A stretch of 59,756 nucleotides of DNA from Gemmatimonadota bacterium (GTDB lineage: Bacteria > Gemmatimonadota > Gemmatimonadetes > Gemmatimonadales > GWC2-71-9). The DNA is taken from NCBI GenBank assembly GCA_039591655.1, contig JBDHDE010000012.1:1-59756 (forward strand), read 5' to 3'. This document shows, piece after piece, positions 28,428 through 37,571 of this stretch. Numbering within the stretch: position 1 is the stretch's first letter; each line of letters begins with the position of its first letter. The translations under genes were made by a program, and so were the position numbers. The notes under the pieces were generated by a model, which ran no database searches, was not told where the DNA came from, and saw nothing but the letters and a program-made list of their open reading frames with translations.

Positions 28428-29105
28428 ATGACCGACCAACAAGAGCTCAAGCGACGCGCCGCCGAAGAGGCGGTGGCACATGTCTCCTCCGGGATGGTGT
28501 TGGGCCTGGGGACCGGCTCTACGGCCGCTCTGGCGGTGGAGGCCATCGGCCGGCGACTGGAGGAGGGGAAGATCCGGGACATAGCGGGGATCCCCACGTC
28601 TGCCCGCACGGGCGAGTTGGCTCAGTCCCTGGGCATCCCCTTGACCACCCTGGAGGACCACCCGGTCGTGGACCTCACCATCGACGGGGCCGACCAGGTC
28701 GATCCGCAGGGCAACCTCATCAAGGGCGGCGGCGGAGCACTCCTCTGGGAGAAGATCGTCGCCGCGGCGTCCCGGCAGTACATCATCATCGTGGACGAGT
28801 CCAAGCTGGTGGACCGTCTGGGCATGAGATTCGCGGTCCCGGTAGAGGTGATGCCGTTCGGGTGGACCACCCACGTTGAGGCGATCCGGGAGTTGGATGG
28901 CGAGCCGGCGCTCCGAGCCGCGGCCGACGGGAAGCCGTATCTCACCGACGGGGGGCACTACATCCTGGACGTGCTGTTTCGCGGCGGCCTGACGGATCCG
29001 GCGGCGGTGGACCGGGCGATCCGGAACCGGCCGGGCGTGGTGGAGACCGGGCTGTTTCTCGGCATGGCCCCCCGGGTGATCGTGGGCCGCCCCGCGGGGG
29101 CGTGA
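28428..29105 (+). CDS. rpiA: Ribose-5-phosphate isomerase A
   Basis: GLGTGST, IDGADQVD, IKGGGGALLWEK, PGVVETGLF. Confidence 0.95.
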   Translation: MTDQQELKRRAAEEAVAHVSSGMVLGLGTGSTAALAVEAIGRRLEEGKIRDIAGIPTSARTGELAQSLGIPLTTLEDHPVVDLTIDGADQVDPQGNLIKGGGGALLWEKIVAAASRQYIIIVDESKLVDRLGMRFAVPVEVMPFGWTTHVEAIRELDGEPALRAAADGKPYLTDGGHYILDVLFRGGLTDPAAVDRAIRNRPGVVETGLFLGMAPRVIVGRPAGA

Positions 29106-29836
29106 GGCAATACGCCGTCCTGGTGATCGGGCTCATCGCCGCAGCCCTCTTCATGCGGCTCGGCGTGTGGCAACTCGATCGCCTCGGTGAGCGCCGCGGC
29201 CGGAACTCCCGGTTGGCTGCGCGGCTCGCAGCGCCGCCGGTGGGGCTGGGCGATGCGGGATGGGACACCGGCGAAGTGGACTCGCTGCGCTACCGGCGCG
29301 CCCAGGCGGCAGGAGTCTTCGACTTCACACGCGAGATCGTGGTGACCGGCCGGAGCGTGCGGGGCGCGCCGGGCGTATCGGTTGTCACCCCGCTCGTCGT
29401 GGCCCCGGACCGGGCGGTGCTGGTGGAGCGCGGCTGGACGGCATCGGCAGACGGCAGGACCGTCCAACTCGCCTCGCTGCGGGAACGTGACACGGCGACA
29501 GTGGAGGGTGTGCTGCTGCTGCCGGCGGAGCCGCGAGTACCCGGGGCTGGCGGTACGGCATGGCCGCGGTACCTGCGCCGACCCCTCCCTCGTGCACTCC
29601 AGGGGGCATACCCCTACCAGCTTCACCCGCTGCTGTTGCGGCGCACGGCCCACCCGGTAGAAGCACCGGTGGCGCTCCGGGCGGTGCCGGCTCCACCACT
29701 GACGGAAGGACCGCACCTCTCATATGCTGTGCAATGGTTCGCATTCGCGACCATCGCCATCGTGGGATCTGTCCTGCTGTACCTCAAGACCCGTCGCGAA
29801 GCGGGTGCCGAGGGAGGTGTCGCTCAGTTCTATTGA
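29102..29836 (+). CDS. SURF1-family protein
   Basis: LGVWQLDR, VVTPL, VLVERGW, HLSYAVQWFAFA; N- and C-terminal TMs. Confidence 0.9.
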   Translation: MRQYAVLVIGLIAAALFMRLGVWQLDRLGERRGRNSRLAARLAAPPVGLGDAGWDTGEVDSLRYRRAQAAGVFDFTREIVVTGRSVRGAPGVSVVTPLVVAPDRAVLVERGWTASADGRTVQLASLRERDTATVEGVLLLPAEPRVPGAGGTAWPRYLRRPLPRALQGAYPYQLHPLLLRRTAHPVEAPVALRAVPAPPLTEGPHLSYAVQWFAFATIAIVGSVLLYLKTRREAGAEGGVAQFY

Positions 29837-29861
29837 CATCCCCCGCACCGCGCGGCACACT
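29833..29861 (+). promoter_or_regulatory. sigma70 promoter of the class V aminotransferase
   Basis: TTGACA-N17-CACACT, overlapping the SURF1 stop codon. Confidence 0.55.
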
Positions 29862-29906
29862 CGCCCTGGTTCATCCCACGACACACGCATACGAAGGAGC
29901 CTCACC

Positions 29907-31205
29907 GTGTACACGCGTCGTGACTTCTTGCGCTCGATGGTCGGCACGGCCGCCGTGACGCTGCCGGCGCTCAGGAACGACGGCCTGGAGCGGATCCACT
30001 CGGTTGCGGCAGGGGCCGGGGGGCGCAGTCCTCAGGAGGTGGCCGAGGACGAGGACTTCTGGTTCGGCATTCAACAGGCGTTCACCGTCGATCGATCGCT
30101 GGTCAATCTGAACAACGGCGGGGTCTGCCCCAGCCCGAAGGTGGTCCAGGACGCCATGCGGCGATACCTGGAGTACTCCAACGAAGCGCCGGTCTACACC
30201 ATGTGGCGCATTCTGGAGCCCCAGGTGGAGAGTGTGCGGGTCCGCCTCGCCCGGACGTTCGGCTGCGATCCGGAGGAGATGGCCATCACGCGGAACGCCA
30301 GCGAAGCGCTCGAGATCGTGCAGTTGGGACTCAACCTGCAGCCCGGTGACGAGATCCTGACCACCGACCAAGACTACCCCCGCATGAACACCACGTGGGA
30401 CCAGCGGCGGCGGCGCGAGGGCATCGTCGTGAAGACGGTCGCGTTCCCGACACCACCGCCCAGCATGCAGTACCTGGTGGACATCTTCGAGCAGGCGATC
30501 ACCGCCCGCACGAAGGTGATCCACTTCTGCCACATCACCAATCTCTCGGGTCAGATCTTTCCGGTACGGGAGATCTGCCGGCTGGCTCGTGATCGCGGTA
30601 TCCACTCGATCGTGGACGGCGCGCATGCCTTTGCCCATTTCCCGTTCACGCGGGACGGGCTGGAGTGCGACTACTACGGCACGTCGCTGCACAAGTGGTT
30701 GCTGGCGCCTCACGGCACCGGCTTCCTCTACGCCAAGCGAGACAAGATCCGGGACGTGTGGCCCTTGATGGCGGCGCCGGAGTCCATGAACGACAACATC
30801 CGGAAGTTCGAGGAGATCGGCACGCACCCGGCGGCCAACCACAACGCCATCGCCGAGGCCATCACGTTCCACCAGGGGATCGGACCCGAGCGGAAGGCGG
30901 CGCGTCTGCGCTACCTGCGAGATCGCTGGATGAGGCGCCTGGAGGGCCAACCCGGCGTTACGCTGCACACGAGCTTCGACCCGGCGATGAGCTGCGGTCT
31001 AGCCAACGTGGCGATCGAGGGAGTGGAGCCCGGCGCGCTCACCAGCCACCTGTGGAAGCAACACCGCATAATCGTGACTCCGATCGGTCACCCCGCGTGT
31101 ACGGGCATACGCGTCACGCCCAACGTGTACACCACGCTGGGCGAAGTGGATCGGTTCGCGGAGGCGATGGAGGTGGTGATCGAGAAGGGGCTGCCGGCGC
31201 CCTAA
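29907..31205 (+). CDS. Tat-exported class V PLP enzyme (isopenicillin-N epimerase/cysteine desulfurase-like)
   Basis: AAGGAG RBS + GTG, TRRDFL Tat motif, NLNNGG, TRNASE, VDGAH, SLHKW (PLP Lys). Confidence 0.88.
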   Translation: MYTRRDFLRSMVGTAAVTLPALRNDGLERIHSVAAGAGGRSPQEVAEDEDFWFGIQQAFTVDRSLVNLNNGGVCPSPKVVQDAMRRYLEYSNEAPVYTMWRILEPQVESVRVRLARTFGCDPEEMAITRNASEALEIVQLGLNLQPGDEILTTDQDYPRMNTTWDQRRRREGIVVKTVAFPTPPPSMQYLVDIFEQAITARTKVIHFCHITNLSGQIFPVREICRLARDRGIHSIVDGAHAFAHFPFTRDGLECDYYGTSLHKWLLAPHGTGFLYAKRDKIRDVWPLMAAPESMNDNIRKFEEIGTHPAANHNAIAEAITFHQGIGPERKAARLRYLRDRWMRRLEGQPGVTLHTSFDPAMSCGLANVAIEGVEPGALTSHLWKQHRIIVTPIGHPACTGIRVTPNVYTTLGEVDRFAEAMEVVIEKGLPAP

Positions 31206-31299
31206 CCATCAACGAGTCAATGGCTTAGCGACATACCTCCCTTGACCCGGCGGCTCCGCCCGACGATCCTTCAGGAGTGACTCAGGCGGGAGGGGACCG

Positions 31300-32676
31300 G
31301 TGGCCAAGTATTACAAGGAACGTGTGAGCGGGAAGATGAAGCAGCAGCCCGAGACCATGCGTGTCGGGAAGAAGCAGCTTCAGCCCGAGAGCATGATGAT
31401 GAGCTACGGGTACGATCCGTCGCTCTCCGAGGGCGCCATCAAGTGCCCCATCTTCCAGACCTCTACCTTTGTCTTCAAGGACTCCGAGGCCGGTAAGGCC
31501 TTCTTCGAGGTCGCGCTGGGCATGCGGGAGAAGGGCCCGACGGAGGAGCTAGGGCTCATCTACAGCAGGCTAAACAACCCCGATCTGGAGATCCTCGAGG
31601 ATCGACTCTGCCTGTGGGATGGGGCCGAGGCGGGGGCGGCATTCCAAAGCGGGATGGCGGCAATCGCCACCAGTCTCCTGACCTATCTGCGGCCCGGCGA
31701 TGTGCTCGTGATCAGCGAGCCGCTGTATGGCGGGACGGAGTACCTCATTCACCACTACCTGCCGGAGTTCGGGATCGACATCGTGGGCTTCCCGGCGGGG
31801 GTGCCGACGGCCGAGATCGAGGAGAGCGTGCGGGATCGCGTGGCAGGGCGGCGGGTGCCCGCCGTGCTGATCGAGACCCCGGCCAACCCCACCAACGGCC
31901 TCGTCGACATCGAGAGCACCGTCGAGCTAGCCCGGTCACTGGCCAAGGGGGATGAGCGGCCCGTGGTCATGGTGGACAACACGTTCCTCGGTCCGGTCTT
32001 CCAGCATCCCCTCAAGCATGGCGCGGACCTGGTTATCTACTCGGCTACCAAGTTCATCGGCGGTCATAGCGACGTGGTTGCCGGCGCCTGCGTGGGTAGG
32101 CGGGGGGTGGTGGAGAAGATCCGCACGCTGCGGACGTTCATGGGCACGGCGGCGGGGCCGTGGACCGGCTGGCTCCTCATGCGCAGTCTCGAGACCTTGA
32201 AGATGCGGATGACCGCCCAGATGAAGAACGCCCGGTACGTGGCCGACTATTTGAGCGACCATCCGAAGGTGAAACGCGTTCACTACCTGGGGCTGCTTCC
32301 CGAGGAGCACCCGATGTTCCCGGTCTATCGCAGGCAATGCGTGGGTCCTGGTGCGTTGATCGCCTTCGAGATCCAGGGAGGGCAAGAGGCCGCGTTCCAG
32401 TTCCTGGACAATCTCAAGCTCATCACACTGGCCGTGAGCCTGGGTGGCACCGAGTCGCTGGCGGAGCACCCGGCCGCGATGACCCACTCCGACGTCGAGC
32501 CGGAGGACCAGGCGAGAATGGGTATCACTCCGGGCCTGATCCGGCTTTCCATTGGGGTGGAGCACTTCGAGGACCTAGTGGCGGATGTGGAGCAGGCCCT
32601 CGAGTCGGTGCACGCCGGCGGAGAGGTCTCCGGCGCGGCCGATGATGAGGTGGCGCCGGCTAAGGCCGGCCGCTGA
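31300..32676 (+). CDS. Cys/Met metabolism PLP enzyme (methionine gamma-lyase/cystathionine gamma-synthase family)
   Basis: PIFQTSTF, YSRLNNP, ETPANPT, VDNTF, YSATKFIGGHSD, AVSLGGTESL. Confidence 0.92.
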   Translation: MAKYYKERVSGKMKQQPETMRVGKKQLQPESMMMSYGYDPSLSEGAIKCPIFQTSTFVFKDSEAGKAFFEVALGMREKGPTEELGLIYSRLNNPDLEILEDRLCLWDGAEAGAAFQSGMAAIATSLLTYLRPGDVLVISEPLYGGTEYLIHHYLPEFGIDIVGFPAGVPTAEIEESVRDRVAGRRVPAVLIETPANPTNGLVDIESTVELARSLAKGDERPVVMVDNTFLGPVFQHPLKHGADLVIYSATKFIGGHSDVVAGACVGRRGVVEKIRTLRTFMGTAAGPWTGWLLMRSLETLKMRMTAQMKNARYVADYLSDHPKVKRVHYLGLLPEEHPMFPVYRRQCVGPGALIAFEIQGGQEAAFQFLDNLKLITLAVSLGGTESLAEHPAAMTHSDVEPEDQARMGITPGLIRLSIGVEHFEDLVADVEQALESVHAGGEVSGAADDEVAPAKAGR

Positions 32677-32699
32677 GTCGCACGAGTCCTCCGTAGGGA

Positions 32700-32733
32700 A
32701 AGCGGCGGGACGGCCATGGCCGTCCCGCCGCTT
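32700..32733. repeat. Perfect 34-bp palindrome between convergent genes (probable bidirectional terminator)
   Basis: AAGCGGCGGGACGGCCATGGCCGTCCCGCCGCTT equals its own reverse complement. Confidence 0.85.
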
Positions 32734-32756
32734 GCTACTTCCCGTGGCGCCGCGGC

Positions 32757-34637
32757 TCACTCCGGTGCCGGCACCCCCTCCTCCTGGAACAGCACTTCGT
32801 TCGACATCACGCGCTGCGCGGTCTTGTAGATCTTCACGTCGTCGTTGTCGAACAGGCGGGCAAACCGCTCCTCGATCCGGCGGCGGGCGATCCGGCAGAA
32901 GGTATCGGCCAGATCACCGGCGATGTCGGCCTGCGCCCGGTCCTCGGGCGACTTGCTGGTCTGGAGGGCCTGCGCCCGGGAGATGCTTGCGCACATGGCG
33001 AACAGCTCCGCGCTGATCTCGACCATCCGCGCGAGGACTGCCTGACGCTTTTCGAGCTTGGGGCCGAAGCGCACGATGGCGTGGAACAGCTTGCGGGCGA
33101 GGCGCCGTGATGCGCGGTTCACGTATCGCATGTGCTTGGCGAGGGAACCGAACTCGGCATACCGGGGCCAGCGACCCCAGCCGAACCACCGGGCGGGATA
33201 CCAGGCCGCGTAGTAGAAGCCGGCCTTGACGACCGCGGCGAGCTTGGTCCCGAGCGAGGCATCGGGGTCCAAGATGGCGCCGGCCACCTTGAGGTGATCG
33301 TCCACGGCCTCGCGGGCTATGAACAGCCGCATGATCTCGCTGGAGCCCTCGAAGATCTGGTTGATGCGGAAGTCCCGCATGATGCGCTCGACCGGCTCCG
33401 GCCGCTCGCCGCGTTCCCTAAGGCTTGTCTCGGTCTCGTAGCCGCGGCCGCTGCGAATCTGCATCGTATCGTCGATGATCTCCCAGCCCCGCTCGCTGTT
33501 CCACATCTTCGCCATGGCCGCTTCGAGCCGGACGTCGAACTTGGCCTGATCGGACATCACCGCCGCCAGCTCGGCCACCGAGTCCATGGCGAACGTCGTC
33601 GCCGCCATATTCCCCAGCTTCTGCGCCACCGCGTCGTGCTTGCCGATGGGGTGGCCCCACTGCACGCGCTCCTGGCAGAACCGGCGCGCGATCCCGAGGC
33701 AGATCCTGGCGGCGCCGGCGGCCGCGGCGGGAATCGTGAGCCGTCCAGTGTTGAGTGTGATGAGAGCGAGCTTGAGTCCTTTGCCCATCCCCCAGAGGAT
33801 GTTCTCCTTCGGCACGCGTACGTTCGTGAACCGCAACAGGCCGTTTTCGATGCCGTGCAGGCCCATGAAATGGCATCGGTGCGCGACTTCCACGCCTTCC
33901 CAATCGGCGTCCACGATGAACGCGGTGATCTTCTTGTCTGGCGTACGGGCCATGACCGCGATGACGTCGGCGATCGTGCCGTTGGTGCACCAGAGCTTCT
34001 CGCCATTGAGGATGAACGCCTCACCGTCCTCCGTCGGCACAGCCGTAGTTGCCATGCGGGCGGGATCGCTGCCCACATCCGGCTCCGTTAGGGCGAACGC
34101 GGATATCTCGCCTCGGGCGAACCGGGGGAAGTACTTCTGCTTCTGCTCCGGCGTGCCGAACAGCTTCAGGGGCTGCGGAACGCCGATGGACTGGTGGGCC
34201 GAGAGCAGCACGCCCACCGAGCTCTCGTAGCAGGTGGCCAATGAGATGGCCCGGTTGTAGACCGCCTGCGAGAATCCGAGGCCGCCGTACTCCTGTGGGG
34301 CCTTGATCGCCATGCAGCCGAGCTCGGCGAGCCCCTTCACCACGTGCTCGGGGATCTTGTAATCCCGGTCGATGGCCTCGGGATCCACGTTCTCCTTCAG
34401 GAACTTTGCGAGCTTGTCCAACCAGGGTCTTGCCCGGTCGAGCTCCTCCTGCGGTATCTCAGGATACGGGTGGATCAACTCCAGATGCACCCGGCCGTTG
34501 AACAGCTCCTTCAAGAAGCTGGGTGCCGTCCATTCGGTCTGACGGGCCGCCTCGACAACACGGCGCGCCTCCTGCTCACTGACGTGCCGCTCCCCCGCCG
34601 GAGTCGCATCGCCCTTCCTGTCGGTGACGGTAGACAT
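32757..34637 (-). CDS. Acyl-CoA dehydrogenase (VLCAD/FadE10-like, long C-terminus)
   Basis: AFALTEPDVGSD, LNGEKLWCTNG, LNTGRL, RDFRINQIFEGSSEI; start ATG 34637. Confidence 0.92.
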   Translation of the reverse strand: MSTVTDRKGDATPAGERHVSEQEARRVVEAARQTEWTAPSFLKELFNGRVHLELIHPYPEIPQEELDRARPWLDKLAKFLKENVDPEAIDRDYKIPEHVVKGLAELGCMAIKAPQEYGGLGFSQAVYNRAISLATCYESSVGVLLSAHQSIGVPQPLKLFGTPEQKQKYFPRFARGEISAFALTEPDVGSDPARMATTAVPTEDGEAFILNGEKLWCTNGTIADVIAVMARTPDKKITAFIVDADWEGVEVAHRCHFMGLHGIENGLLRFTNVRVPKENILWGMGKGLKLALITLNTGRLTIPAAAAGAARICLGIARRFCQERVQWGHPIGKHDAVAQKLGNMAATTFAMDSVAELAAVMSDQAKFDVRLEAAMAKMWNSERGWEIIDDTMQIRSGRGYETETSLRERGERPEPVERIMRDFRINQIFEGSSEIMRLFIAREAVDDHLKVAGAILDPDASLGTKLAAVVKAGFYYAAWYPARWFGWGRWPRYAEFGSLAKHMRYVNRASRRLARKLFHAIVRFGPKLEKRQAVLARMVEISAELFAMCASISRAQALQTSKSPEDRAQADIAGDLADTFCRIARRRIEERFARLFDNDDVKIYKTAQRVMSNEVLFQEEGVPAPE

Positions 34638-34809
34638 TGGGACGTCCAGTGTGGTCGTGTATGTGAAATGCGGTGGGAAGCCCCGCCGCCCCTCTCTTAC
34701 CCCTTGACCACAATATGACGGGGGCAGGTTCCCGACGCCACTGCGGGCGGTTGCGCGGGCGGGCGCGCCGTCGCAACATTCGGCGGCGGCAGATCGCGGG
34801 AATCTCGCA

Positions 34810-36858
34810 ATGCAACGAGTACTGCTCACGGTCCTAGCAACGGGAATGGTCGTTGCGCCTCGGCTCAGCGCCCAAGAGGGCGTGCGGCCGCTCCAGATCG
34901 AGGAGTTCTTGAGCCTCGAGCGGGTCTCCGACCCTCAGATCTCTCCGGACGGGCTCTGGGTGGTGTACACGGTCACATCCACCGATCTCGAGGCAAACGG
35001 ACGCAGCAGCGACCTGTGGCTGGTGTCGGCCACGGGGGGCACTCCGCGCCGCATCACGGGACGGCGCGGTGGGCGCCACCCGCGGTGGTCCCCTGATGGT
35101 GAGACGATCGCCTACGTGACCTCCAGAGGAGGTCCGTCTCAGATCTATCTTTTCTCGGTGCCGCGGGCGCGGGCGCGCCGGATCGTCTCCCTCTCCACGG
35201 GCGCCGCCGGCGCGATCTGGTCTCCAACCGGGACCCACCTCGCCTTCGTGTCCCGGGTCTATCCGGACTGCCCGGACGACGCCTGCAACACGGGTCGGCT
35301 CGAGGCCGAGGCAGCTCGGCCGAGTCGCGCCCGGATGTACGACGAGCTGCTGTACCGGCACTGGACTGCCTGGGATGACGGTAGGCGGAGCCATCTCTTC
35401 GTGGTGCCGGCGGGCGGCGGCCCCCCAGTGGACCTGACGGTGGGGCGCGACTACGACGTACCCGTACCCCCATTCGGCGGGTCGTCGGACTACGCATTCC
35501 TCGCCGACGGGCAGGCGCTCGTGTTCACTGCCAAGGTCGGAGACGACGCGGCGTGGCACACCAACTCCGACGTCTTCCGCGTGTCGCTGGAGGGAGGCGA
35601 GCCGCGCAACCTCACCTCGGGTTTCCGGGGTGCCGAGCAGCATCCGGCTCCCTCACCGGACGGCCGGTACCTGGCGTTCCTGTCGCAGGAGCGGGCCGGC
35701 TTCGAGTCCGACCGCTGGCGCCTGATGGTGCGGGATCTCACGACCGGCCGGTCGCTGGAGGTGACGCCGGACTTCGACCGCTGGACTGCCGACTATCTGT
35801 GGCTGCCCAACTCCCGGGAGATCGTGTTCACCGCGCAGGACGGCCACCGCAACGTGATCTACCGGACGAACCTGAGTGGCCGCGTGGAGGCGCTGCTGCG
35901 ATGGGGCAACAGCAGCCAACTCTCCATCGCGGGAGACGGCAACACCCTGGCGTTCGTCAACGACGCCATCGATCGGCCTGGGCAGGTCTTTCTGTGGACC
36001 ATCAACGCCGGTGGGGAGCCGCAGCGCCTCAGCGACCTCAATGCCGCGCTGATGCAGCAGGTCAAGATGTACTCTGCCGAGGAGATCAGCTGGGTCGGCG
36101 CCGACGGCAACACGGTTCGGGGAATGCTCGTCCGGCCGCCGCAGTATCAGCGGGGCCAGCGCTATCCCCTGTTGGTGCTGATTCACGGCGGGCCGCAGGG
36201 TGCGTGGCGCGATAACTTCCATTCGCGCTGGAACGCGCAGATGTTCGCTGCGCCGGGATACGTGACCGTTCTGCTGAACCCGCGGGGCTCCACGGGGTTC
36301 GGCCAGCGCTTCGTGGATCAGATCTCCGAGGATTGGGGCGGTCGTGTGTACATCGACATCATGGCGGGAGTCGAGCACGCCGCCAGACTGAGGTTCGTGG
36401 ACTCCACGCGTATCGCCGCCGCCGGAGGGTCCTACGGCGGGTACATGATCAACTGGATCAACGGCCACTCGGATCGGTTCGACGCGCTCATCTCCCACGC
36501 GGGGATCTACAACCTCGAGTCCTTCTACGGCGCTACCGAGGAGCTGTGGTTTCCGGAGTGGGAGTTCGATGGCCCACCGTGGGAGAACCGGACCTACTAC
36601 GAGCAGTGGTCGCCCCACCGCTTCGCCAACAACTTCGGTACCCCGACGCTGGTGATCCACGGCGCGCGGGACTTTCGAGTGCCGGACACCCAGGGACTTG
36701 AGACGTTCACGGCGCTGCGCCGGCAAGGCGTGGCGGCCCGACTGCTCCACTTCCCCGATGAGGGGCACTGGATCGGCAGGCCGCAGAATCAGCTTGTCTG
36801 GTGGACGGAAGTCCACGACTGGCTCGCCCGGTTCCTCCGAGCCGCCGGAGGCTCGTGA
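34810..36858 (+). CDS. Exported S9C peptidase (dipeptidyl aminopeptidase/acylaminoacyl peptidase)
   Basis: Signal peptide, SPDG propeller repeats, IHGGPQ, NPRGSTGFG, GGSYGG, HGARDFRV, PDEGH. Confidence 0.92.
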   Translation: MQRVLLTVLATGMVVAPRLSAQEGVRPLQIEEFLSLERVSDPQISPDGLWVVYTVTSTDLEANGRSSDLWLVSATGGTPRRITGRRGGRHPRWSPDGETIAYVTSRGGPSQIYLFSVPRARARRIVSLSTGAAGAIWSPTGTHLAFVSRVYPDCPDDACNTGRLEAEAARPSRARMYDELLYRHWTAWDDGRRSHLFVVPAGGGPPVDLTVGRDYDVPVPPFGGSSDYAFLADGQALVFTAKVGDDAAWHTNSDVFRVSLEGGEPRNLTSGFRGAEQHPAPSPDGRYLAFLSQERAGFESDRWRLMVRDLTTGRSLEVTPDFDRWTADYLWLPNSREIVFTAQDGHRNVIYRTNLSGRVEALLRWGNSSQLSIAGDGNTLAFVNDAIDRPGQVFLWTINAGGEPQRLSDLNAALMQQVKMYSAEEISWVGADGNTVRGMLVRPPQYQRGQRYPLLVLIHGGPQGAWRDNFHSRWNAQMFAAPGYVTVLLNPRGSTGFGQRFVDQISEDWGGRVYIDIMAGVEHAARLRFVDSTRIAAAGGSYGGYMINWINGHSDRFDALISHAGIYNLESFYGATEELWFPEWEFDGPPWENRTYYEQWSPHRFANNFGTPTLVIHGARDFRVPDTQGLETFTALRRQGVAARLLHFPDEGHWIGRPQNQLVWWTEVHDWLARFLRAAGGS

Positions 36859-36920
36859 TCCCCGATACCGAGCTATCGCGCCGGCCGAGGCCCATTCTAT
36901 ATTGGCTGATCGCGTAATCC

Positions 36921-37571
36921 ATGGCTGAAACCGAACAGCAGCCGCTCTACACGTCCCGCTCCGGGGCCGGCGCCCAGTTGGGGCGCCAGGTGTACGAGCG
37001 CGTCATGCAACCGATGCTCGTGCTCGGTGTGACCCCGGGCGGAGTGGAGATCGCCGCGAACGCGTCCAAGGCTTTGGGCTGCGCCTTCGATGTGATCGTG
37101 GCTGCCCACGTGCGCCTCGATAAGGATGGGATCGTCGGCGCGGTGGCGGAAGACGCCGACGCGGTGCTGGATGCCCAGTTCCAGCCCGGCTTTGGGCAGA
37201 TCGAGCAGCTCGACCAGGCGATCGACAAGGCGCGCCGGGCGGTGAAGACAGAACGGCTGCTGTTTCGCGGGCCCAGGCCGTTGCGGGCCGTGGAAGGGCA
37301 AAACGTAGTGGTCGTGGACGGCTACATGACGACGCCTTGGAAGGCGCTGGCCGCCGTGGAGGCGATCAGTCAGGCTGGCCCGCTGCGCGTGATCGTGGCC
37401 TCACCCATCAGCACCAAACCGGTGCAGGACAGATTCCGCGCTCGGAGGATCGAGCTGGTGTGTCCCACCGTTCTCATGGATCCGGAGGGTCACCCCCGTC
37501 CCTTCGGCGATCCCATGGATCCCAGCGCTGAACGACTCCGCAGCATTGTTGTGGCGCGCGAAGCGGCGTAG
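36921..37571 (+). CDS. Phosphoribosyltransferase-fold protein with degenerate motifs
   Basis: SRSGAGAQLG, VLGVTPGGV, GIVGAVAE and VVVVDGYMTT resemble the uncharacterised PRTase family. Confidence 0.7.
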   Translation: MAETEQQPLYTSRSGAGAQLGRQVYERVMQPMLVLGVTPGGVEIAANASKALGCAFDVIVAAHVRLDKDGIVGAVAEDADAVLDAQFQPGFGQIEQLDQAIDKARRAVKTERLLFRGPRPLRAVEGQNVVVVDGYMTTPWKALAAVEAISQAGPLRVIVASPISTKPVQDRFRARRIELVCPTVLMDPEGHPRPFGDPMDPSAERLRSIVVAREAA

